From a bacterium (GTDB lineage: Bacteria > Hinthialibacterota > Hinthialibacteria > Hinthialibacterales > Hinthialibacteraceae), in assembly GCA_963662285.2 (NCBI GenBank), contig CAXXMV010000006.1:1833100-1897099 (forward strand): 64,000 bases of DNA. The letters run 5' to 3'. The first letter of the stretch is position 1, and each line of letters begins with the position of its first letter. Of the stretch, positions 29,609 through 38,379 are shown one piece after another. The notes under the pieces were generated by a model that was not told the DNA's origin, searched no databases, and saw nothing but the letters and a program-made list of their open reading frames with translations. The translations under genes were made by a program, and so were the position numbers.

Positions 29609-30952
29609 ATGACTAAATCAAATAATGATGGAATAGATCGAAGAACTTTTATTAAAGGCTCAAGTAAAGGCGCGGCGGTTATAGCAGCCATGACCAGCGC
29701 TCCAGCTGTTCTCGCTGCCGGCTATAGTCCCAATGAAGTTATTCGTACTGGACATGTTGGAACCGGCGTTCGTGGAGGGCAATTGGTTACAAACGTGGCT
29801 GGTGAACCCGATAAAGGGCGTCCCGGCATCAAGAATACGCAAGTCCATGCTATCTGTGAAATTTATAAGGGACATTTGGAAAAGGGCTTGAAAAATAGCG
29901 CTAATAAGAATTGCAAAGCTTATCATAACTATGAAGACATGCTGGCTGACAAGGATATCGACGCTGTGGTCATTGCCACTCCAGACCACTGGCATTCGCG
30001 CATACTAATTGATGCCGCTGGCGCGGGCAAAGATATCTATGTCGAAAAATGCTGGACGCGCACCATTCCCGAAGCCAAGGCCATGTTGAAAGCGATCAAG
30101 TTGAATAAAACTGTTATGCAGTTGGGGCATAATCGTTCCAGCGCCGCAGCTATGCAAGCAGCGGATTTGATTCTTCAAGGAATCCTGGGTGAAGTTGTCC
30201 TGGTTCAATCCGGCTGTTTTAGAAACCGTGAACGGGGTAAAGATGAATGGCGCTGGTATGGTTGGTACGACAAGTATGACCGGCCTGATGAAGAGATGAC
30301 GCGCCATAATCTGGATTGGCCGCGCTTTCTGGGTGATGCGCCCTATCATCCATTTTCCATGGAACGATTTTGGCATTGGCGTTGTTATTGGGATTATGGA
30401 ACCGGCATCGCTGGAGACCTTCTCTCTCATTCTTTCGACTATATTCAATACATACTGAAAATGGGCATCCCTCACAGTGCAAACTGTTCAGGCGCTATGC
30501 ATTTATTAAATGACGGGCGTGAATGTCCAGATTTTTGGAATGTTGTTTTTGATTATCCCGACCGTGGAATGTCAATCATTGATACCACGACATTCAACAG
30601 CAACCAAGGTTCTAAGAATATTCCGGCTATCCGGGGCAAAGACGCCATGATGGCTTTTAATAACGGAGGTTTTGAAGTGTATGCCGAAGAACCTTCTTTG
30701 AAATATAAATCACAACTAAGTAATGGCGACATTTCATCGAATAAACCATTCAAGAAATTTGATCCCAAAGAGACTCCTTCGCAACCCAGTCACATGGAAG
30801 ATTTCTTCAACTGTATGCGTAATCGTCAGAAACCAAAAGATAATGAAGATGAAGCATTCATTGAAGCGGTTACCTGCATCATGTCGGTTATGTCATATTT
30901 CAAAAAACAGACGGTTTATTGGGATGCGGATCGTCAGGAAATATATACTTAG
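29609..30952 (+). CDS. Tat-exported Gfo/Idh/MocA oxidoreductase
   Basis: DRRTFIK twin-arginine motif; GTGVRG; IDAVVIATPDHWH; KDIYVEK; WRCYWDYGTG. Confidence 0.9.
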   Translation: MTKSNNDGIDRRTFIKGSSKGAAVIAAMTSAPAVLAAGYSPNEVIRTGHVGTGVRGGQLVTNVAGEPDKGRPGIKNTQVHAICEIYKGHLEKGLKNSANKNCKAYHNYEDMLADKDIDAVVIATPDHWHSRILIDAAGAGKDIYVEKCWTRTIPEAKAMLKAIKLNKTVMQLGHNRSSAAAMQAADLILQGILGEVVLVQSGCFRNRERGKDEWRWYGWYDKYDRPDEEMTRHNLDWPRFLGDAPYHPFSMERFWHWRCYWDYGTGIAGDLLSHSFDYIQYILKMGIPHSANCSGAMHLLNDGRECPDFWNVVFDYPDRGMSIIDTTTFNSNQGSKNIPAIRGKDAMMAFNNGGFEVYAEEPSLKYKSQLSNGDISSNKPFKKFDPKETPSQPSHMEDFFNCMRNRQKPKDNEDEAFIEAVTCIMSVMSYFKKQTVYWDADRQEIYT

Positions 30953-30964
30953 TAGGTAAACAAT

Positions 30965-32425
30965 ATGCAAACGAATCATGATCGCCGTGATTTTCTGAAA
31001 AAGAGTGGACTGTGTCTTGCATCCCTGGCTATTCCTGGATGTAAGGGGGCTGAGGCTAGTTCAAATCAAGGGCAAAATGGTAAACCGCCCAACATCATCT
31101 ATATCATGGCTGATGATTTGGGCTATGCCGAATTGGGATGTTATGGTCAGGGAAAAATCAAGACGCCCAATATAGACCGATTGGCGTCGCAGGGGATGAA
31201 ATTCACCCAGCATTATTCCGGCAACCCGGTCTGCGCGCCTTCGCGTTGCTCGCTGATGACTGGTTTGCATACTGGACATACTCAAATCCGGGGCAATAAA
31301 CAGATTGGCGGGGAGGAAGGCTGGCAACTTGGATCAACCAAAGGAGGACAGTATCCCATAAAAGAGGATACTGTCACCGTAGCGAAATTATTACAGCGGG
31401 CAGGCTATAAAACCGGAGCATTCGGCAAGTGGGGCTTGGGAACCTATGGATCAAGCGGCGCTCCGGATAAACAAGGTTTCGATCATTTTTACGGTTATAT
31501 ATGTCAGCGTCAGGCTCACACCTATTATCCCAATCACCTGTGGCGCGACGGTCAGGTTGAATGGTTAAATGAAAACAAAGATGGCAAAGAGAAAACCTAT
31601 TCACATGATTTAATAGCAGAAGAAGCTTTGCAATTTATTCGTAAGTATAAAGATAAACCGTTCTTCTGTTACGTCCCATTTACCATACCTCATGTAGCGC
31701 TTCAGGCGCCGGAAGATTCCTTAAATGAGTATAAGGGCAAATGGCCGGAAACTCCATTTGAAGGAAGCGCTACATATTCGGCCCAAGAAAATCCCCGTGC
31801 CTGTTATGCTGCAATGGTGACGCGCATGGATCGATCAGTTGGTCAGATCATGGCGCTGTTGGGCGAATTAGGTCTTGATGATAATACTCTGGTGATTTTT
31901 ACCAGCGACAACGGACCAACCTTCAATGGCGGCTCGGATTCTGTCTTTTTTGAGAGCGCTAAACCATTACGCGGTTTGAAAGCATCCGTTTATGAAGGCG
32001 GGATCAGGATTCCCTTCGTCGCCCGTTGGCCAGGCAAAATAAAATCCGGATCAAGCAGCGATCATATCTCAGCCTTTTGGGATTTTCTGCCAACCTGTTG
32101 TGAAATAGCAGGCACTGAACCTCCATCTGAGATCGATGGCATATCAATGTTACCGACTCTCTTAAGTAAAAAAGCCCGACAGAAGAAACATAAGTACTTA
32201 TATTGGGAACTCAGATACCAACAGGCTATACGCATGGGAGACTGGAAAGCAGTGCGTTTTCTCAAAAAAAATCAAACAGATGAGTTCTATGTATATAACC
32301 TGAAAGAGGATATCGGTGAACAACATGATCTAGCCGAGTCCAATCCAGAGGTTGCCGCGTTATTGAAAGAAATGATGGATAAAGCTCATGTGGATTCCGA
32401 TGTTTTTCCGCTAGTCAGAAGATAG
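30965..32425 (+). CDS. Tat-exported arylsulfatase (S1 family, Cys-type)
   Basis: DRRDFLK; PNIIYIMADDLGY; CAPSR (CxPxR) with LMTG; GKWGLG; FTSDNG. Confidence 0.93.
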   Translation: MQTNHDRRDFLKKSGLCLASLAIPGCKGAEASSNQGQNGKPPNIIYIMADDLGYAELGCYGQGKIKTPNIDRLASQGMKFTQHYSGNPVCAPSRCSLMTGLHTGHTQIRGNKQIGGEEGWQLGSTKGGQYPIKEDTVTVAKLLQRAGYKTGAFGKWGLGTYGSSGAPDKQGFDHFYGYICQRQAHTYYPNHLWRDGQVEWLNENKDGKEKTYSHDLIAEEALQFIRKYKDKPFFCYVPFTIPHVALQAPEDSLNEYKGKWPETPFEGSATYSAQENPRACYAAMVTRMDRSVGQIMALLGELGLDDNTLVIFTSDNGPTFNGGSDSVFFESAKPLRGLKASVYEGGIRIPFVARWPGKIKSGSSSDHISAFWDFLPTCCEIAGTEPPSEIDGISMLPTLLSKKARQKKHKYLYWELRYQQAIRMGDWKAVRFLKKNQTDEFYVYNLKEDIGEQHDLAESNPEVAALLKEMMDKAHVDSDVFPLVRR

Positions 32426-32464
32426 AAAACAAGTTGGCTCAATCTTCCGTGAATGTGGATTACT

Positions 32465-32496
32465 CTCGAAATGACAGATCAATCTGTCATTTCGAG
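32465..32496. terminator. Long perfect hairpin after the sulfatase (terminator or REP-like)
   Basis: CTCGAAATGACAGAT-CA-ATCTGTCATTTCGAG, 15-bp arms, no clear U-tract. Confidence 0.5.
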
Positions 32497-32587
32497 TTCA
32501 CAATTACGGGCGCAGTATTATACAAAAACGTTATAACTACCTGCTATTAAAAACCTTACTTCTTGAAAAATAACATTTCTACCAATC

Positions 32588-32617
32588 TTGACAAAGCTAT
32601 TTATTTTTTAGGATAAT
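32588..32617 (+). promoter_or_regulatory. Putative sigma70 promoter
   Basis: TTGACA-N18-GATAAT upstream of 32707. Confidence 0.45.
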
Positions 32618-32706
32618 AGTTGCGAATTATCATTTATTCACTTAATCACTTAATCGTTTGCTTTACCTTATTTGGTTCGGTTTTTTATTTGACTTTGAGT
32701 TTCTAA

Positions 32707-34584
32707 TTGGGGAGTATTATAAAATTGAATATTTTAAATATCTCGGGACTAAGATATTCAAAAGCATTTTTCCTGTTCATTGTTCTTGCCTTAATCGTTA
32801 TATCAACGTTGATAGGTTATGGAATTAGTATATTCAATGATCAACGTTTAAACTCGCTATTCGATGGTTCGGTGAAAGTATGCAAGCGTGAACAACCCGT
32901 CTTCTATCCACGCGTTCAATACCAAACCGACTCGTATCTGAATTCTCAAAATAATCACGTCAAGAATGATTCTGAATATTCAACTAGCACCGAAGCGGAT
33001 GAAATTGCCTATGTTGATGGCGGAGACCGTAGCGCAGTTGAAGCGGCCATGAAAAAATTCGCCAGTCAAAAATCAACTGAACAATGGGGAGAAAGCGCCG
33101 AGTTGGCTCGTCTGCGATCACCCTCAACCTATAAAGACCGCCAACCCTATCAATCACTACAAATAATCTCTCCAGAAGACGGCGCCGTTTATCCGCCAAA
33201 TCTATGCGCACCATATATTGAATGGGAAGATCCTAATAATGACTTTTGGCAAGTCGTTCTGACCGTTGCTGGAAAAAATATTGATTACTATGTATCAGAT
33301 TCCAGAAGATGGCGCATTCCCAAAAAGTTATGGAAAAACCTGCAATGTGATAATGTAAACCAGGAGATTCAGTTGCAGGTCAAGGGCATTAACCGATCCG
33401 GAGATATTCAGCGTGCAGACAAAATCCACGCTTCTGAAATAACCCGGTTTAAAATTTCCTCTGATCCGGCGGATGATTATATCGTCTACCGCTATGTAGC
33501 GCCTCCATTCAGTTCATATAAAACGCCCAATATTTTTATCCGGGATATCAGAGAAGATCACTCTAAAGATTTTCTCTCTGCGCGTCGTCGATATTGCATT
33601 AACTGCCATACCTTCTCTTCCAAAAGCGGCGATACAGGGAAACTTAGCTTGCAGATTCGCAGTCTAGTTTCATCAGGACAGAACAAACTTCCGGTGTATG
33701 TCGCCATTTATGATATTGATAAGAAAACCGGCTTCAAAGTTAAATTGCCTTTCGAGATTCAGATGACCACCTTCATGGCATGGTCTCCTGATGGCAATCA
33801 GTTGGCTTACTCAGCCAACCAGAAGATAGCCGCCTTGAAACCCATAATTTACGAAACCCAAATGGCGGGCATGGCCACTTCGGATATTGCTTTATATGAC
33901 CTGGATGAAAATGAGACTTACCTGCTACCCGGCGCCTCTGATCCCAACATGCTGGAAATTTATCCCTGCTATTCGCTGGATGGTGAAAATTTAGTATTCG
34001 CCCGCAGTCCGGTTGGATTACATCCGGCTCATATTCATTACGATTTATGCTCTTTATCTTTGAAAGAAAACGGTGAAAAAATAGCGCAGCCCATCGAAGG
34101 AGCATCAAATAACGGACGCAGCAGTTATTACCCGCACTTTTCACCTGATGGTAAGTGGTTCTCTTTCTGCCAAAGCGATGGAGGAGACCTTATCAGGACA
34201 TCGAGCGATATCTATTTGAAAAATAGTAATCTCCAAGGCGAAGCCCATTGTCTCGAAAGCAATGTCTCTTACGCTGCAGATTCGTGGCACAGCTGGAGTT
34301 CAAACGGAAAATGGATCGTTTTCGCCACCAAGCGCGATAGCGGTATATACGCCTATCTATATATGACGCATATAGATGATGAGGGGCATGCGTCTCCTGC
34401 GGTTCCACTGCCTTTGAGTGAGAAAATAAACGCCAGTTTTAATATTCCTGAATTTGTGGCGCATTCACCTAATATCCGCGATCCAAATCTCTTTGATTCT
34501 ATTAGAGTCGAACAAGAACCGCGCATGGCGAAATTAAAGAAAGTTTCTAAAGAGACTCCAGATGTCCAAAACAAAAAAGGTTAA
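32707..34584 (+). CDS. Membrane-anchored PD40/TolB-like beta-propeller protein with a CxxCH motif
   Basis: N-terminal TM; WSPDGNQLAY, FSPDGKWFSF, WSSNGKWIVF; CINCH. Start codon uncertain. Confidence 0.8.
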   Translation: MGSIIKLNILNISGLRYSKAFFLFIVLALIVISTLIGYGISIFNDQRLNSLFDGSVKVCKREQPVFYPRVQYQTDSYLNSQNNHVKNDSEYSTSTEADEIAYVDGGDRSAVEAAMKKFASQKSTEQWGESAELARLRSPSTYKDRQPYQSLQIISPEDGAVYPPNLCAPYIEWEDPNNDFWQVVLTVAGKNIDYYVSDSRRWRIPKKLWKNLQCDNVNQEIQLQVKGINRSGDIQRADKIHASEITRFKISSDPADDYIVYRYVAPPFSSYKTPNIFIRDIREDHSKDFLSARRRYCINCHTFSSKSGDTGKLSLQIRSLVSSGQNKLPVYVAIYDIDKKTGFKVKLPFEIQMTTFMAWSPDGNQLAYSANQKIAALKPIIYETQMAGMATSDIALYDLDENETYLLPGASDPNMLEIYPCYSLDGENLVFARSPVGLHPAHIHYDLCSLSLKENGEKIAQPIEGASNNGRSSYYPHFSPDGKWFSFCQSDGGDLIRTSSDIYLKNSNLQGEAHCLESNVSYAADSWHSWSSNGKWIVFATKRDSGIYAYLYMTHIDDEGHASPAVPLPLSEKINASFNIPEFVAHSPNIRDPNLFDSIRVEQEPRMAKLKKVSKETPDVQNKKG

Positions 34585-37534
34585 TCAACCAGCTAATCAA
34601 CAACATGAATCAATCCATTCATGGTCTGCTATGCTGATTGGTATAAATCGATACCCGCGAGCAGCTGGTTTATTGATGATATCGGCGTTATTGTCAATAT
34701 TGTATTGGATATCACTGCACTCAGCGACTTTCATAACGCATGATGACAGTATTCTGAAACTACCGCTTCTATCTCATATAAAAAACGCAACTACCATTTT
34801 TTCAAGGGATTTTCTGCTTTTTACTGAAGGTCAATACCGCCCGCTGAGTTATTTGATTATTGCAAGCTTCAGGACGTTAATATCCCCTGATAATACTCTT
34901 TTCTGGCATCTATTACTTTTGGGTTGTCATGCGCTTAACGCATATCTTGTCTTCTCGTTTACTCGGCGTCTTACATCCGGCCTGCTGGCTCCATTAGCGG
35001 CGGCATTAATCTTCGCAGCGCATCCGCTATGCACGGCTTTGGTGAACGATATAAATCTGTTCTACCAACTCATAGGAATAACTTTTTGTCTGGCTTCAAT
35101 AAACGCATATACTGCTTTTCTACAGAAAGGATATTACTGGTATTACGCCATATCGATTACTACATATATTCTGGGGCTATTTACCTCCAGACAGGCATTC
35201 GTTGTTGGCCTTGTCTTGATCTTTATTGAGTTATTCTTCAGAAAAAACAAGATAATACCTATCTGTCTGCGCCTTCTGCCTTTTGCTTTGCTTATCTTTT
35301 TTCTCTTGCCAATTCTTAAGATGACCAATCCTCATCCGCTACATTTTAAGTATGTCGCAATTCATGAAGGCTCCTTCTGGCATGGATTTTATTCCATAAC
35401 CGGCGCCGCCAAACAGTATGCCGGCGGCTTATTTTTCTCTCAATATTTTCCTCTTCCTATGAGCGAAATAGTCAAAAAAATATATAAATGGAATAATCCA
35501 CAGTTCCTCTTCTGGGCGACAACTAATATATTATTTTTTTGCGGCGCTCTATGGTTATTGCATCGTAAAAAATGGGGCGCTATTGGAGGGCTGATTATCC
35601 TGATTAGTATGATTCCCTACGCATCCGTGGCCTATAATCGCGTTATAGATTATGTTTCATGGACTTATTTATATCTCTCTATTGCCGGATTTAGTATAGC
35701 TTTAGCTTGGTTCATTGAATGGTTATATAATCATCAAAAACGGATCATTAAATATTCATCCATTGTTCTCTGTCTATGCATCATTTTCTTATACAGCATT
35801 CGAACCATGCAACTCAATTATGCTTCAAAATCCGCTCTTACATATTGGTCAAACCTATCAGATATGTATCCATTAAGTCAAATTGTTAACTATGAGATAG
35901 GCAAATGTCATCTCAATCAAGGTCAATTACCCTATGCGCTTCATCTTCTTTTCGCTCCCATGTATTCAGATTTAAAAAAATCATGCCTGGCAATGGCGGA
36001 ATATTACTGCAAAAAAGGCGACTTGCTGGCTTCCGCTATCCACCTGCGCTATGGATCAATTAAAAGCAATACCGGCATTGTTCTGCAATCCAATAGTGAA
36101 ATCGCCGCTGATCTATTTCTTAAAGCTAATGTGTTGGATCATGCGGAAGAGAACCTTGGTAAAATTCTGATGGTGAATCCTTTCAATACCCACGCCATGG
36201 CGGGATTGGCTAAAGTATGGTTTTATAAAGGCTACGTTCATGAAGCGTATCGTATGTTAGAGCGCATACGGGACATTGAGCCCCGAAATATTAACGCAAA
36301 AAATATTGAAAATGAATTTAACCGGGTGGAAAAAGCATGGCGCCAAGACCAAAACGCCTTGAAATTATCCCCTCCTCCTCCTGATTGGCTCAATTATGTA
36401 TTGACTCAGGAACGCACGCCGGAAATCAGGCGAAAAATAATTGATTTGAGCATGAAGGCTGATTTGAATGACGCCATTATTCAACTCGAAGCCATGATTG
36501 CTAATTTGGAAAATAAGAATTATGAATCAGCTGGACGCAATGCCGAGATTGTAGCCCATTGTTTATCTGGTAATCCCTATGCTTGCGCTGTATCCTGCGA
36601 AGCCCTGGCTCGATGCGGCAAATTTAGTGCGGCTATTAAACTGGGAATGAAAGCAATTAAATTAGATAGCAGCAGTGAGTTATCATGGAGATCGCTGGCT
36701 TTGGCTTATGCTTTGAAAGGAGAACTGAATGCCAACGACAAAGTATTTATGGAAGCTCTTGCAGCCAATCCGGGAGTGGCCTCCATGTTTTACTTCAACT
36801 TGGGAAAACAAAAACAAATAACTAATAATATTGAAGAGGCCGCAGCGCTGTTTCAAAAAGCGGTTGACGCCCGTCCAGACAATATTGAAGCTCAAAAGGC
36901 GCTGGGCAGCATCCTTCTAACACTAAATAAAACCGATAAATCCATTGAATCTCTCCAGAAAGCGATAGCAATAAAACCTGATGAACCGGAAGCTCATTTT
37001 CAATTGGGAAGAGGGCTGCTCAAACTGAATCAGAACGAAGCGGGAATAGAATCTTTGCAAACCGCCGTCAAACTAGCTCCTGATAATGTCAATTACCATT
37101 ATATTTTAGGCGCTGCTTATGCCAGGGTAAAAGATCACAAGAAAGCCATTATTGAGTATCGCCGCGTTATTGAATTGAAACAGGATCATATTAATGCGCA
37201 TTTTGCCTTGGGCAATGAGTTGCTTCGGATGCAGAAATCTGATGAAGCGATCAATGAATACCAGTTTGTCATAAAATTAAATCCCACATTTCAATATGTT
37301 CATTTCAATCTGGGCTGGCTTTATCAGTCTCAAAATAAATTTGACCTTGCCATACCGGAATTTCTTGAGGAAATAAAAAATCATCCTGATATAAGCCGTT
37401 CCTATGATATGCTGATAAAGATTTATCATTCAAGAAAAGAGCCTGATCGCGTAAAAGAAATTGCTGATCAGGCAAAACAACGCGGTCTAACATTAACGCC
37501 TGAGACAGAAAAAATCCTTCAATCTTCAAACTGA
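34562..37534 (+). CDS. TMTC-like GT-C membrane protein with a long C-terminal TPR array
   Basis: F..DD, YRPL, H.....H..N..LV, A.LIFAAHP, multiple TMs, then many TPRs. Overlaps the upstream gene. Confidence 0.75.
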   Translation: MSKTKKVNQPANQQHESIHSWSAMLIGINRYPRAAGLLMISALLSILYWISLHSATFITHDDSILKLPLLSHIKNATTIFSRDFLLFTEGQYRPLSYLIIASFRTLISPDNTLFWHLLLLGCHALNAYLVFSFTRRLTSGLLAPLAAALIFAAHPLCTALVNDINLFYQLIGITFCLASINAYTAFLQKGYYWYYAISITTYILGLFTSRQAFVVGLVLIFIELFFRKNKIIPICLRLLPFALLIFFLLPILKMTNPHPLHFKYVAIHEGSFWHGFYSITGAAKQYAGGLFFSQYFPLPMSEIVKKIYKWNNPQFLFWATTNILFFCGALWLLHRKKWGAIGGLIILISMIPYASVAYNRVIDYVSWTYLYLSIAGFSIALAWFIEWLYNHQKRIIKYSSIVLCLCIIFLYSIRTMQLNYASKSALTYWSNLSDMYPLSQIVNYEIGKCHLNQGQLPYALHLLFAPMYSDLKKSCLAMAEYYCKKGDLLASAIHLRYGSIKSNTGIVLQSNSEIAADLFLKANVLDHAEENLGKILMVNPFNTHAMAGLAKVWFYKGYVHEAYRMLERIRDIEPRNINAKNIENEFNRVEKAWRQDQNALKLSPPPPDWLNYVLTQERTPEIRRKIIDLSMKADLNDAIIQLEAMIANLENKNYESAGRNAEIVAHCLSGNPYACAVSCEALARCGKFSAAIKLGMKAIKLDSSSELSWRSLALAYALKGELNANDKVFMEALAANPGVASMFYFNLGKQKQITNNIEEAAALFQKAVDARPDNIEAQKALGSILLTLNKTDKSIESLQKAIAIKPDEPEAHFQLGRGLLKLNQNEAGIESLQTAVKLAPDNVNYHYILGAAYARVKDHKKAIIEYRRVIELKQDHINAHFALGNELLRMQKSDEAINEYQFVIKLNPTFQYVHFNLGWLYQSQNKFDLAIPEFLEEIKNHPDISRSYDMLIKIYHSRKEPDRVKEIADQAKQRGLTLTPETEKILQSSN

Positions 37535-37678
37535 AATTGTTTGCAAATATTATGCTTTTGTTAATTTTACAGTATTATCACGATTAATTCTTGATAAAAT
37601 TCCTTTTATTGATTATTCTTTTATATTGGCATAGAATATTTTAAATAAATATCTACATCGAGAGGTTCCCCCAAAAAC

Positions 37679-38269
37679 ATGTTTAATTTATCCCGCAAAT
37701 CTTATGCTTTTACTCTTATTGAATTACTTATTGTGGTTGCAATCATCGGCATCCTGGCGGCAATCGCCGTGCCCAATTTTCTTAACGCCCAGTTAAAAGC
37801 TAAAGTCGCCCGTGTTACATCAGATATGAAGGGTCTGTCAATCGCTATTGAATCATACAACATAGACCACAATCACTATCCCTATTTCAATGGATATAAT
37901 TATCCGGGGCAGTATCATTCAATCACCTATCATTTGATTCCATTGACCACTCCAGTTTCTTACATGGGCACTATAGATATTCAAGACCCATTTCTTAAAG
38001 TTCTTCCAGCTGAAGGATATGAAGACGATGAATTGCGTTATTCATATAATTATCGCAGTTATGAGAAATTCAGTGAAGCTTTGAATTTCAAATCCTGGGT
38101 GCTAAATAGCATGGGGCCGGATATGTCGCCTAACAAAGGATTAATGACTGAAGCATGGGCGCGTGGTTTATACACCCATGCGGAATTTGCCATTTATAAC
38201 GTCAGCAACGGTCTGGTCAGTATGGGCGATATCCCAATGACTGGCGGCGCCACGCGGTATTCTAATTAA
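37679..38269 (+). CDS. Prepilin-type N-terminal cleavage/methylation domain protein (pilin/pseudopilin-like)
   Basis: RKSYA-FTLIELLIVVAIIGILAAIAVPNF with E5; LTTPVSY; S.GPD. Own putative promoter TTGATA-N17-TATTCT at 37591-37619. Confidence 0.9.
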   Translation: MFNLSRKSYAFTLIELLIVVAIIGILAAIAVPNFLNAQLKAKVARVTSDMKGLSIAIESYNIDHNHYPYFNGYNYPGQYHSITYHLIPLTTPVSYMGTIDIQDPFLKVLPAEGYEDDELRYSYNYRSYEKFSEALNFKSWVLNSMGPDMSPNKGLMTEAWARGLYTHAEFAIYNVSNGLVSMGDIPMTGGATRYSN

Positions 38270-38297
38270 TATCTAACCTTATTAGATAAAATAAATC

Positions 38298-38333
38298 GGG
38301 GAGACGTTCTTTGAATGAGCGCCTCCCCTTTTT
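38298..38333 (+). terminator. Intrinsic terminator after the pilin-like gene
   Basis: GGGGAGACGTTC...GAGCGCCTCCCC-TTTTT. Confidence 0.7.
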
Positions 38334-38379
38334 CATATCTACATATCCAAGAATTTTCAGTAATCAATCAACTTTTTAA

